Of a stretch of 64,000 nt of DNA, positions 1 to 9,401 are shown piece after piece. The DNA lies in the NCBI GenBank assembly GCA_029941685.1, contig JAPYTC010000001.1, positions 2,381-66,380 on the forward strand, read 5' to 3'. Below the pieces are notes generated by a model. The model was given only the letters and a program-made list of their open reading frames with translations, ran no database searches and was not told where the DNA came from. The translations under genes and the position numbers were made by a program. The DNA is from Planctomycetota bacterium (GTDB taxonomy: Bacteria > Planctomycetota > UBA1135). Numbering within the stretch: the stretch's first letter is position 1; every line of letters starts with the position of its first letter.

Positions 1-231
1 CCCGTGATATCGAGTAACACTTCTTCTTTGCCGCAAGTTTGTGGTGATGCCGTTTTATATTGCGACCCAGCCGACGACCAATCTATCGCCGACCAAATTA
101 CTAAACTTTGTGGCGACGCTGAGCTGCGTAATAAGTTGATGATTGATGGCATTGCACAGTCGCAAAAATTTACCTGGCGAAAAGTAGCGCTCAACGTTTG
201 GCGCTCAATAGAAAAAACCTGCCGCGAATAA
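1..231 (+). CDS. glycosyltransferase (GT1/GT4-like), C-terminal fragment; the 5' end lies outside the window
   Basis: The frame-1 ORF is open at the left edge and stops at 229-231. The tail SSLPQVCGDAVLYCDP..D..SIADQI..L..D..LR..L...G......FTW resembles the C-terminal end of GT4-type glycosyltransferases. Confidence 0.55.
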   Translation, partial: PVISSNTSSLPQVCGDAVLYCDPADDQSIADQITKLCGDAELRNKLMIDGIAQSQKFTWRKVALNVWRSIEKTCRE

Positions 232-263
232 ACGCAACAGGTTTTTATGATTAGGGCGTCGAA

Positions 264-1049
264 TTAAAATTCGAGATCGTCGTCGGCAGGCGCACCTGCA
301 CCAGGACCACCTGACATCATTTGTAGCATTGCGGTAATGTCTTGAGCTTCTTTGTCGTAAACGAAGGTGCCTTCAGCAAACTCTTCTACAACAGCCGTGT
401 CTTTAGTTGTAATGGTAAACATCTCGCCTGTTGGGCGTTTGGCTTCAGCAGAGGCAAGCAAGAATGTGCTCGCGTGGAAACAAACCGTCATTGAACCCTC
501 TTCTTCTGAAGATGCTGCGTAACGGCGAAGCTCGTCGGTAGAGCCTTCTTCTGCAAGAGGTACTGCACCAAGAAGGCCTGCAACCATTGGCGCAATCATT
601 TCTGCTGTAGGCAGCTCTTCAACGCCAGCCATTTTCAGAATCTCTGAAAGCTTAACTTTTATTGGGCCATTAATCATGCCTTGTGACAATTCCGCAACAC
701 CTTCGATGTCGGCATAAAGAAATTCGCCGTCACACATGATCTTGTGGTTTTGCACCGTTTCGCCTTCGAACGGATCTTCGGATGTCATTGTTGCGGCAAT
801 AGAGAAGTGTGTAATATCTTGCATACTAATGTCAAAAGATATCGTTACGTCCCCTTCTGGAGACTCCGTTACAACCTCTAAACTCGACTTCCATTGGGAG
901 CCAAGCAGTGCGTTCGTGAATTTTTCTGCCAACTCAGAAGACGGTGAAACAGTTTCAGTAACTGGCACTTCAACTTCTTGGGCGGCGAGTGGAGCAACGC
1001 AAAGTAGTGCTGCTGTAATTAGGAAAGAGATGTTCTTCATTTCAGTCAT
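264..1049 (-). CDS. hypothetical secreted acidic protein
   Basis: 261-aa ORF with a signal peptide (ISFLITAALLCVAPLAAQE). The mature part is strongly acidic and ends in DDDLEF. No motif recognised. Confidence 0.6.
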   Translation of the reverse strand: MTEMKNISFLITAALLCVAPLAAQEVEVPVTETVSPSSELAEKFTNALLGSQWKSSLEVVTESPEGDVTISFDISMQDITHFSIAATMTSEDPFEGETVQNHKIMCDGEFLYADIEGVAELSQGMINGPIKVKLSEILKMAGVEELPTAEMIAPMVAGLLGAVPLAEEGSTDELRRYAASSEEEGSMTVCFHASTFLLASAEAKRPTGEMFTITTKDTAVVEEFAEGTFVYDKEAQDITAMLQMMSGGPGAGAPADDDLEF

Positions 1050-1086
1050 ATCATACGCACGCAGTAAAAATGTGTTAGAACTATTT

Positions 1087-1605
1087 CTAAAAAGCTGTGT
1101 TAATAACGGTTATTGTCCAATAAATTGCCCCAGCTGCGCCGAAACTGACTTTCACAAGCCTTCCGAATAGAACGCCTAAAGCTGCGCTAAAACCTATATT
1201 TACCAAACTTTTAGAGGTCGAGTCTTTCTGTGCGAACGCCAATTCAAGGATAATCGCCCCCAGAAATGCTCCCAGACAGGCGCCAATGACCGTGCCGACA
1301 ATTGGCACCGGGACCAAAAATGTTAAGAGAAATCCACCAAATAAAGCGCCAAGAAACGAGCCTATCATTCCCGCTTTGCCGGCACCAGCGTTTAACGCCA
1401 TTTTGCTTCCTAGTAAAGCCTCAAAGACCTCAGCGACAGCAGCGGCGACCAGCAGAATAATCAATGGTGTGTATACACTGTTTTCGCCATACGTCAATAA
1501 TGGTGCGCTGGCGGCCATCATCCAATTTCCTGGCAGGCCAAATGGGATAATAAAGAAACAAATCCATGCCCACAAGATGCTCAAAATGGCGAGAGTAATG
1601 TCCAT
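1087..1605 (-). CDS. DUF456-family integral membrane protein
   Basis: 172 aa, almost entirely Gly/Ala-rich TM helices. The N-terminus FIIPFGLPGNWMM is typical of DUF456. Confidence 0.7.
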   Translation of the reverse strand: MDITLAILSILWAWICFFIIPFGLPGNWMMAASAPLLTYGENSVYTPLIILLVAAAVAEVFEALLGSKMALNAGAGKAGMIGSFLGALFGGFLLTFLVPVPIVGTVIGACLGAFLGAIILELAFAQKDSTSKSLVNIGFSAALGVLFGRLVKVSFGAAGAIYWTITVINTAF

Positions 1606-1728
1606 GCTATTAGTATATATTGGCCCATCTTGCCAATTTGACGCTACGGGGTTGACATAAAATACTCAACAAGTGGCTATTGATCACGCCAATTTGACAG
1701 TACGTTAATCTGATATACTATTTGCGCG

Positions 1729-3435
1729 ATGCGTAAAAGTTACTTCGTCATTTGTTCTCTAGCCATGGCCTCGGTTGTGGTCGGGGCCCTACGTGCCATT
1801 ACTTCAATGGTTGAGGGCAACTGGTATGCGAGCGCCGACAGCAATTTGTTGTGGCTGCAGTGGGCCAACGATCTCGGAGTTAAGCGCATGCTACTCAGTG
1901 TCCCGCTAGCGCTAATTGTTTATTGGCTTGCCGGAAATTTGACGATAATAAAAATTTTCCAAAACTGGAAGGCCGCTGTGGTCTGCTGCGCCATCGCTAG
2001 CTTACCCCATATTATGGTGGCTGCAGCGGTGCCGTCTAGTGCGCACCAACCGACTGTGGTATTAATCACCCTCGATTCAGTACGTCTCGATTATCTCGGT
2101 TGGGGCGGTAGCGATTTGCCCACCTCGCCAAAGCTAGATGCGCTCGCTGCAAAAGGCGTTCGATTTACACAAAACATTTCGCAATCATCCTGGACGAAAC
2201 CATCTACAGCGACATTGTTGACGGGCTTGATTCCGAGCAGGCACAACGCTAATTCGCGATATGGCCCACTAGATAATTCGCACCGTACTCTTGCAGAAGC
2301 ATTGCTGTTAGCAGGCTATCGCACTAATTGTCTGTCGTCCAACCCAAACATCACCCCGACCTTTGGTTTTAAACAAGGGTTTTCCGACATGCAACACGAT
2401 GTTTTTGCAACTGCCGAGCAATTAATTTCTGTTGGGGAGCAGTGGCTCACTGACGGTGAACAACAAGCGTCTTTTTTATACCTGCACTTAAACGATGCGC
2501 ACTACCCCTACAATCCAAGTAGAGAATATGCCGGAATGTTTAATCACACTGGTGTTGAGGTTAACCTTGATGGCCCCGCCGAAACTGAATTTCGACTAAG
2601 TGAAGGCGCAACCTTCGACAGTCAGCAAGTTGAAAGTTTGCGCCTGTCTTACGCCGAAGAAATTCGACACCTCGACGATTTAGTTGGCGACTTTGTAAAC
2701 AAACTTCTCGAAACGCGAGACGATGTTATCGTAATTATTACAGCTGACCACGGAGAAGAATTTCTCGAGCACGGCGACTTGGGTCACGGCCACACCATTT
2801 ACGACGAGTTGATTCGCATTCCACTACAGTTTTCCACTAGTGACGCCTTAATGCGAGCCCGCAAATGGAACATAGGATTGCACCAGCAACAAGTGCGCCA
2901 AATGGACGTTCTCCCTACCGTGTTAGATATGTGTGATGTGTCATGGCCAGAGACTGCGCCTAAACTTGATGGTGAGTCACTATTACCCTTCTTTATTAAC
3001 GCAGAAAACCTTAGTGACCGCACTGCCGTTTCTGAAACAGATAGCCAGGGCAGTGCTCTGTCTGGATTTGCCGGGCCCCTACGCGGATATCGTCTGCCAA
3101 AATCAAAATTGATTATCACCGATCCATGGACCCAACGTACCGCCAATCGGGTTTGGTTATTTGATTTACAGGCCGATCCTCGCGAGCTAGTTAATGTTGC
3201 TTCAACGAATACCGCACTAGTTGACCAGCTATTGGCCGACTATATAAATCTTGGCTGGTTGTCACCTAGATTTGCTAACTCTTCCACCCAAATAAATGTT
3301 TCCGAAGAAGAAAAAATTGCCTTAGCCGAGTTGGGCTATGGTGAAGAGTCCGAAGAAACAACTGGTGAGTTACAAGAACCTTATTTCGACCCACGCGCGG
3401 TGCCATGGATCGAAATGAAAATTTCTATTGACTAG
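1729..3435 (+). CDS. membrane-anchored sulfatase-fold (alkaline phosphatase superfamily) hydrolase/transferase
   Basis: 568 aa. A multi-TM N-terminal region of about 100 aa is followed by VVLITLDSVRLDY (metal Asp), SWTKPSTATLLTGL (nucleophile segment) and ITADHGEEFLEHGDLGHGH. Confidence 0.8.
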   Translation: MRKSYFVICSLAMASVVVGALRAITSMVEGNWYASADSNLLWLQWANDLGVKRMLLSVPLALIVYWLAGNLTIIKIFQNWKAAVVCCAIASLPHIMVAAAVPSSAHQPTVVLITLDSVRLDYLGWGGSDLPTSPKLDALAAKGVRFTQNISQSSWTKPSTATLLTGLIPSRHNANSRYGPLDNSHRTLAEALLLAGYRTNCLSSNPNITPTFGFKQGFSDMQHDVFATAEQLISVGEQWLTDGEQQASFLYLHLNDAHYPYNPSREYAGMFNHTGVEVNLDGPAETEFRLSEGATFDSQQVESLRLSYAEEIRHLDDLVGDFVNKLLETRDDVIVIITADHGEEFLEHGDLGHGHTIYDELIRIPLQFSTSDALMRARKWNIGLHQQQVRQMDVLPTVLDMCDVSWPETAPKLDGESLLPFFINAENLSDRTAVSETDSQGSALSGFAGPLRGYRLPKSKLIITDPWTQRTANRVWLFDLQADPRELVNVASTNTALVDQLLADYINLGWLSPRFANSSTQINVSEEEKIALAELGYGEESEETTGELQEPYFDPRAVPWIEMKISID

Positions 3436-4688
3436 ATAAGTTTCGTTTTACCCGGCTCTGGCACAGTCACATCTACGCCTGGCCCGCCAAGCCACTGCTG
3501 CGGTGTCAGGTCAAGTTGCGAATTAAGTGCTTGATCCCAGGTTACGACTTTGCCGGTGTAAGCCGACATGCGGGTCATAATCGCCGCCAACGTTGAGTGC
3601 GCCATATCGACGCCTTGGTTCATTGCACCACCATTGCGAATCGACTCAAACAAATCATCGTGTTCCGTTTGGTACATGTTGTTCTCCGGACCATCATACT
3701 CCCAATCGTTCTCGCCTTTAATCTCGAATTTGCCTGCCCAGCCATCGATATACGCGATGCCTGTTGAGCCAGTAACACGGTCAAGATTCTCCATGTGGCA
3801 ACCTTTCATTTGACGGCACTGCAAAGTTGCTTGCGTGCCATCCGCCCAATCATATACCGCCGAGAAGTGATCAAAGACATTACCGTATTTGGTGTCGGTG
3901 CGCGTTTGGCGGCCGCCGGTTGCCATTACGCTTGCTGGAGTTTCATCGCCCTTTGCCCACATGATTTTGTCAACAGAGTGGATAGCCTGCTCAACCACAT
4001 GATCGCCACTGAGTTGTGAATAGTAAACCCAGTTGCGTAGTTGGTAATCTAAATCCGACCAACTTTCTTGGCGCTCTTTGTACCAAAGTTGACCGGCCAT
4101 ATAGGTGGCGTGAACAGCAACAACTTTACCTATCGCGCCCTGGTTAATCCGTTGGTATAAAGCGCGATGGCCAAAGGCCGCGCGCCAACAAAAACCGCTT
4201 GCAAGTGACAAGCCCTTTCCCTTGGCCATATCTGCAGTTTCAAGAACTGAGCGCACACCCTTACCGTCTACAGCAACAGGTTTTTCGCAGAAAACATGAC
4301 GACCTGCTTCGACTGCTGCGCGTAGATGTTGCGGGCGAAATACCGGAGGCGTTGCGAGTAAAATTACGTCAACCTGTTCAATCACTTTTTCAAAAGCATC
4401 AAAGCCTACGAATTGGCGTGTTGCATCTGCTTGCACGCGTTCGCCAAAATTTTCGACTAGGCCACTATACGAGCTCGCTAAACGGTCGGCGGTTAAATCA
4501 CCCATCGCATACAGCACGACATCGGGGTCGGCGTTGAGCGCTTGAATCGCAGCGCCGGTGCCGCGCCCACCACAGCCGATAAGCCCTACGCGTAATTCTT
4601 TGGCGCTATTAGCGACTGCATTGGAGCCCAGCAATGATGTCGCCGCAATGCCCACTCCGGCACCTTTAAGGAAAGTTCTTCTGTTCAT
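3432..4688 (-). CDS. Gfo/Idh/MocA-family oxidoreductase with twin-arginine signal
   Basis: 418 aa with the TAT signal MNRRTFLKGAGVGIAATSLL, the Rossmann motif VGLIGCGGRGTGAA and the EKP motif FCEKPVA. Confidence 0.85.
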   Translation of the reverse strand: MNRRTFLKGAGVGIAATSLLGSNAVANSAKELRVGLIGCGGRGTGAAIQALNADPDVVLYAMGDLTADRLASSYSGLVENFGERVQADATRQFVGFDAFEKVIEQVDVILLATPPVFRPQHLRAAVEAGRHVFCEKPVAVDGKGVRSVLETADMAKGKGLSLASGFCWRAAFGHRALYQRINQGAIGKVVAVHATYMAGQLWYKERQESWSDLDYQLRNWVYYSQLSGDHVVEQAIHSVDKIMWAKGDETPASVMATGGRQTRTDTKYGNVFDHFSAVYDWADGTQATLQCRQMKGCHMENLDRVTGSTGIAYIDGWAGKFEIKGENDWEYDGPENNMYQTEHDDLFESIRNGGAMNQGVDMAHSTLAAIMTRMSAYTGKVVTWDQALNSQLDLTPQQWLGGPGVDVTVPEPGKTKLI

Positions 4689-4711
4689 ATTTTTAGATGT
4701 GGCATGTAAGT

Positions 4712-7700
4712 TTAGGGTTTACTGTCAGTTACGATACGAAATCCCACAAATCCTGCATCCGACATCCACCAAGAACTTTTGGGCCACTGCGGATCACGTG
4801 CCTGCCACGCAACATCGTAATGTCCGGACAAATCCTCCATTAATTCCGAGAGATCGTCTTCGAAACTACCGCCTAGTGTTGTGCCACGCGGATTTTCGCT
4901 ATCGAGCACCCACTCTTCGACATTACCAATCATGTCGTGAAAGCCGTTTTCGTTGGCCTCGAGCGCTCCAACTAAATGCGGAGCGGCAAGCGAATTCCCC
5001 TTCAACCATGCTTGATGCGCCGATATTTTTTGCTTACCAAGTGCTGCGCGCCATTCTTTAGCCGTAGCGAGGCGGTATGGATGTTGCTGCTGGTCACTAA
5101 ACCATTCACAAAATCTTTGTGCTGCGGCGTAAGTCATACCCAACGCCGGCATGCCATCGTGTCCGTAGCCGCGCGTGACCGGAAACACTGAGTGGCTTGG
5201 TCCCGTTACTCCATCGATTTCGATCTGCTCATCTTCGCGCAAGAAAAATAAATCGTAAACATCCCATGTTATTTCGGTTGAAGACATATAAACCGTCTCG
5301 TTCGACTCAGTAGTCACTGGAAGTAATTTGATAGTGTTGTCTTTAGGTAAATTTATGATTACCTCATCGCTTTTTTGCTCGAACAAAAAATCTACGAGAT
5401 CTTTTAATTCTGCCTCGTTTAATTTTTTATCAAAATCTCTAGGCATCGCCGATTCATCGGTCGGGCTAGTTATTAATTCTTCCAGCTGTTGTTTATCATA
5501 ACGAGAGCCCACGCCGCTCAAGTCGGGGCCGGCGGGATTAATAAAGCCGGCAGGAGTTACGCCTTCCATTGAGTGACAACGCGTGCATCCAATCAAAGCA
5601 TTTTCGGCGAACAGTTGGCGCCCACGCGCCTGTGGGCCGGCTGATTTTGCTGATGAAAAGTCTAACTTCATTCCCTTAGTAGCCCCGACAGCACGCTTGG
5701 GGAACTCTTGCCATTCGTTAAGCACCATGTCGAAACCGTTTGGCTCGTCCCACTTTTCTAAATACACTGCTACTTCACTAAGCAGCGCATCAGGATGCAT
5801 GGGGTCGCTAGCGTAATCAAATAATTGTTGAGCATACTTTTGGCTACCTATGAAATTTTTACAAGCCAAAATCCGGCGCACAGCTGCCTCGTTATATTTA
5901 TCGTGATCGGCATCAAGCACTGCAACATCTGCTTTACACTCGACAACGTTACGATCATAAATTGCGCAGACCGCTTCGTTAATAATTTCCGGAGATGGGT
6001 CATCTAATGTCTGGCGCAACAACTCGCTACGCGTTTTGCGCATAGTCAGCACCAATAGCATGCGTTGTGCTACATCGAGATTATTGTCCGTGACAGAGAC
6101 TATCCCGGTCGCATCTTGTGGTGCTAGTGCCTCAATTAATGCACTACGCACAAAAAAGTCAGGGGTGTCGGCTAACGCCAACAAATCTTCTGAGTGCCCT
6201 TGATAATGCGCCAGTCCAAGGGCCGCAAAATACTGGACGCGCGGCGATTTATCACCAAGACCTTTGACAAACCAATCCTCCATGTCATCAGTATGTATTT
6301 CGTTGGCGCAGCGTAAAAACTGTGCGCGAATTTCCAACTCGTCATCTGTCGAACAAATGAATGGTAAATTATTACGTTCTTGAATGCGCGACAATGATGT
6401 CAAGGCCCACATTGCGTGACAACGCGCGATGGTTGGCGTGTAGGTATTTATTGCAGCGGCGTGTAGTTGTGGAACCGCATGCCGTTTCACCAATTCAAAT
6501 TGTGCGCGCGAGCGAACGCGTTGGTCTTTGTTCGACAATAAATTTATAAGGACGTCAACCCGCAACTCGCTAATGTCATTGCTCAAAAACTCAACACTTT
6601 GTTGCTGCCCCTCAATGTCGGCACCTGCGAAATCGGCGCGAAAGATATTGCCTACGCCATCACCAACCCAGCCGCGCACCCAATCGCTAATGTACATTGC
6701 CCCGTCTGGCGCAAAGGTCACATCAGTAGCCAACACCTTCCACCAAAAGTCTTCTGCGGACTTAAACTTAAAACCAGCGCCATCCGTTTCTACTTCGAAG
6801 CGGACAATGCCAGAGTAGTCAGCGCCGCCCCTGAAGTCAGCAACGAAAAATGAGTTGTCATATTCAGGCCCCATGCCAACACCGGGATAATGTGCCAAGC
6901 CAGATGGTCCAGCAGTAATGTTAGCCAAGGGTTGATTTAAAAATTGCGGAGGAGCCTCGTTGTCTGCATCCCACCACGACTCACTCATCCATGGCCCTCG
7001 GTCTGGTAGATATTGAAAATTCATGCGCCAACCACTATCACTTCCTTGATGTAAGTAGACCAAGCGCGCGCGATCTCCGGCGTCGCAATTGTTGTCGACT
7101 GTAAATAAATTTCCGTAGTCGTCAAATGCTAACTCTTGCGGATTGCGTAACCCATAACTGAAAACTTCCATATCGCTGCCATCGGGCCAACAACGGAAAA
7201 CCGCACCGCGGCCTGGCTCGGCAAGATGCACTCCTTCTTTGGTTGTGATGTTATATCCGCGGTCACCGATGCTCCAATAGAGGCGGCCAAAGGAGCCACG
7301 CGTTAAGCCGTGCATGTCATGACCGCGAAGCGCTACTCGAACTCCGAATCCTGTTTGCATATTTTCGCGCACATCTGCGACATCATCGCCATCCCGGTCA
7401 CTCAATTTCCAAAGATCTGGGATACATGTGTAGTAAACATCACCGTCCAAATAAAGCAGGCCGGCACCGGTGCCCATCAATAGTTCGTTGAAGCCGTCGG
7501 CGTATACCGTTGTCTTGTCCACGACATAATCACCGTCAACATCTCGCAACAACATAATGCGGTCTTCATTTGCCGTCCAGTCTTTAATCAATTCTGGATG
7601 ATGTTTACGATACATTACGCCGCGGTCATCAATGGTTTGTAAACGCAAGTCATCTTCAAGCCACTCTGGGAAGGTGCGGTTGTCTGGCACGCCATGCGTT

Positions 7701-7867
7701 TCTTGGCGATAGGTCTCAGCGACAAAAATCTCAAAATTGGGGCCTATCTCGATGCACACCGGATTGGCAAGGAAGGGGGCCTCTGCGGCTAACAGAATGT
7801 CGGCATCGGCGTTGATTTGGTGTTGGGCCTGTGGCAGTATTGCAAAAATCGCTATTATTATGTTCAT
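4712..7867 (-). CDS. PVC-type heme-binding CxxCH / membrane-bound-dehydrogenase-domain protein with HEAT-like repeats and a C-terminal FGE/SUMF1-like domain
   Basis: 1051 aa with a hydrophobic N-terminus. It has a propeller-dehydrogenase-like segment (GLRNPQELAFDDYGNLFTVDNNCDAGD), a central helical-repeat region and the heme c motif GCTRCHSMEG. The C-terminus is SUMF1-like (RLATAKEWRAA...NGFHDMIGNVEEWVLD...LGGSF). Confidence 0.8.
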   Translation of the reverse strand: MNIIIAIFAILPQAQHQINADADILLAAEAPFLANPVCIEIGPNFEIFVAETYRQETHGVPDNRTFPEWLEDDLRLQTIDDRGVMYRKHHPELIKDWTANEDRIMLLRDVDGDYVVDKTTVYADGFNELLMGTGAGLLYLDGDVYYTCIPDLWKLSDRDGDDVADVRENMQTGFGVRVALRGHDMHGLTRGSFGRLYWSIGDRGYNITTKEGVHLAEPGRGAVFRCWPDGSDMEVFSYGLRNPQELAFDDYGNLFTVDNNCDAGDRARLVYLHQGSDSGWRMNFQYLPDRGPWMSESWWDADNEAPPQFLNQPLANITAGPSGLAHYPGVGMGPEYDNSFFVADFRGGADYSGIVRFEVETDGAGFKFKSAEDFWWKVLATDVTFAPDGAMYISDWVRGWVGDGVGNIFRADFAGADIEGQQQSVEFLSNDISELRVDVLINLLSNKDQRVRSRAQFELVKRHAVPQLHAAAINTYTPTIARCHAMWALTSLSRIQERNNLPFICSTDDELEIRAQFLRCANEIHTDDMEDWFVKGLGDKSPRVQYFAALGLAHYQGHSEDLLALADTPDFFVRSALIEALAPQDATGIVSVTDNNLDVAQRMLLVLTMRKTRSELLRQTLDDPSPEIINEAVCAIYDRNVVECKADVAVLDADHDKYNEAAVRRILACKNFIGSQKYAQQLFDYASDPMHPDALLSEVAVYLEKWDEPNGFDMVLNEWQEFPKRAVGATKGMKLDFSSAKSAGPQARGRQLFAENALIGCTRCHSMEGVTPAGFINPAGPDLSGVGSRYDKQQLEELITSPTDESAMPRDFDKKLNEAELKDLVDFLFEQKSDEVIINLPKDNTIKLLPVTTESNETVYMSSTEITWDVYDLFFLREDEQIEIDGVTGPSHSVFPVTRGYGHDGMPALGMTYAAAQRFCEWFSDQQQHPYRLATAKEWRAALGKQKISAHQAWLKGNSLAAPHLVGALEANENGFHDMIGNVEEWVLDSENPRGTTLGGSFEDDLSELMEDLSGHYDVAWQARDPQWPKSSWWMSDAGFVGFRIVTDSKP

Positions 7868-7991
7868 TTATTCGTTATTGTGGTTAATTCTGCATTAACG
7901 ACGCTCAATTAATGTATTTTTTACCAATTTAGCTTTGCATTGGTAGCGTTTGTAAGTAAAATTCGCTCTTCTTTAAACCCAAAACCTACCC

Positions 7992-9401
7992 ATGACTACA
8001 GCCATAATGGACAACTTCACCAACGCTCAAGAATCGTGCTCACAGCTTAACAAAGCGATGACCCGCGAAGAGATTCTCGAACACGCCTCTAAATATAACG
8101 TGTGCTTCATGCGAATGCAGTTCACCGATATTAACGGCACTAACAAAAACGTTGAAATCCCAGCAAGCCAATTTGCCAAAGCCCTTGATGGCGAAATCAT
8201 GTTTGATGGCTCATCCATTGAAGGCTTCGCCCGCATCGAAGAGTCTGACATGTTGCTTAGCCCAGACTTCGCAACCTATCGCGTCGACCCTTGGCCAAGC
8301 TCCGGTCAGTCACATACCGATCACGGTTTAATCGCGCACATAATTTGTGACGTAATGTTGCCAGGCGGCAAGCCTTTTCCGGGTTGCCCACGCGGAATCC
8401 TTAAGAAGGTGTGCGCTGAAGCAAAAGCAATGGGTTACGAAATGAATGCCGGGCCTGAAGCCGAATTCTTTTTGTTCATGCGCTCTGCTGACGGCGGCCC
8501 AACTACCAAAACTCACGACAACGCGGGCTATTTTGACTTAGCGCCAGCTGACCTCGGTGAAGAATGCCGTCGTGAAATTGTTATCGCACTCGAACAACTA
8601 GGTTTTGAAATTGAAGCTGCACACCATGAAGTTGCCGCTGGCCAACATGAGATTGATTTTAAATACGGAGATGCTTTAGACACTGCAGATAAACTGTCGA
8701 TGTTCCGTTTTGTGGTTCGCAAGGTTGCGCGCGACATGGGTCTACATGCGACATTTATGCCAAAACCTCTCTTCGGAGTGAACGGCTCTGGCATGCACGT
8801 GCACATGTCACTATTCGAAAACGGCCATAATGTTTTCTTCAAGGAAGGCGCTGACGACGAGGGCGTCTCCGATATCATGCGTTGGTACGTCGGTGGCTTG
8901 TTGACTCACGGACGCGCTTTCTCTGCTGTAACCAACCCAACCGTTAACTCTTACAAGCGCTTGGTGCCTGGCTATGAAGCTCCAACTCACTTGGCATGGT
9001 CAATGCGTAACCGCTCACCACTAATTCGTGTTCCAGCACGTCGTGGCATCGGCACTCGTTGTGAATTGCGTAGCCCAGATCCATCTTGTAATCCATACCT
9101 TGCTTTCGCTGTAATGTTAGCGGCTGGCTTAGATGGTATTCGCAACAAAATTGAGCCGCCAGCTCCCGTAACAGGTAACGTTTACACCATGAGTGCGCGC
9201 GAACGTTCGCGCTATAAGATCAAGAGTCTGCCTGCTAACCTTGGTGATGCTTTGAATCAGCTAGAGAAAAGCAAGATAATGAAAGAGGCTCTGGGCGAAC
9301 ACGTATTCCAACAATTCATCGCTGCAAAACGTGCTGAATGGGCCGAGTACATCGCTCAAGTTCACGATTGGGAAGTCGACCGCTACCTAGGTAGTATCTA
9401 A
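7992..9401 (+). CDS. glnA: glutamine synthetase, type I
   Basis: 469 aa with FDGSSIEGF, NAGPEAEFFLF, GSGMHVHMSLF, NPTVNSYKRLVPGYEAP and RSPDPSCNPYLAFA. Confidence 0.95.
   Translation: MTTAIMDNFTNAQESCSQLNKAMTREEILEHASKYNVCFMRMQFTDINGTNKNVEIPASQFAKALDGEIMFDGSSIEGFARIEESDMLLSPDFATYRVDPWPSSGQSHTDHGLIAHIICDVMLPGGKPFPGCPRGILKKVCAEAKAMGYEMNAGPEAEFFLFMRSADGGPTTKTHDNAGYFDLAPADLGEECRREIVIALEQLGFEIEAAHHEVAAGQHEIDFKYGDALDTADKLSMFRFVVRKVARDMGLHATFMPKPLFGVNGSGMHVHMSLFENGHNVFFKEGADDEGVSDIMRWYVGGLLTHGRAFSAVTNPTVNSYKRLVPGYEAPTHLAWSMRNRSPLIRVPARRGIGTRCELRSPDPSCNPYLAFAVMLAAGLDGIRNKIEPPAPVTGNVYTMSARERSRYKIKSLPANLGDALNQLEKSKIMKEALGEHVFQQFIAAKRAEWAEYIAQVHDWEVDRYLGSI

Noticed and set aside
7868-7991. A possible sigma-54 promoter or glutamine riboswitch upstream of glnA.
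   Set aside because: I could not find a TGGCAC-N5-TTGC arrangement or the conserved glnA-RNA motif. Only generic AT-rich sequence is present.
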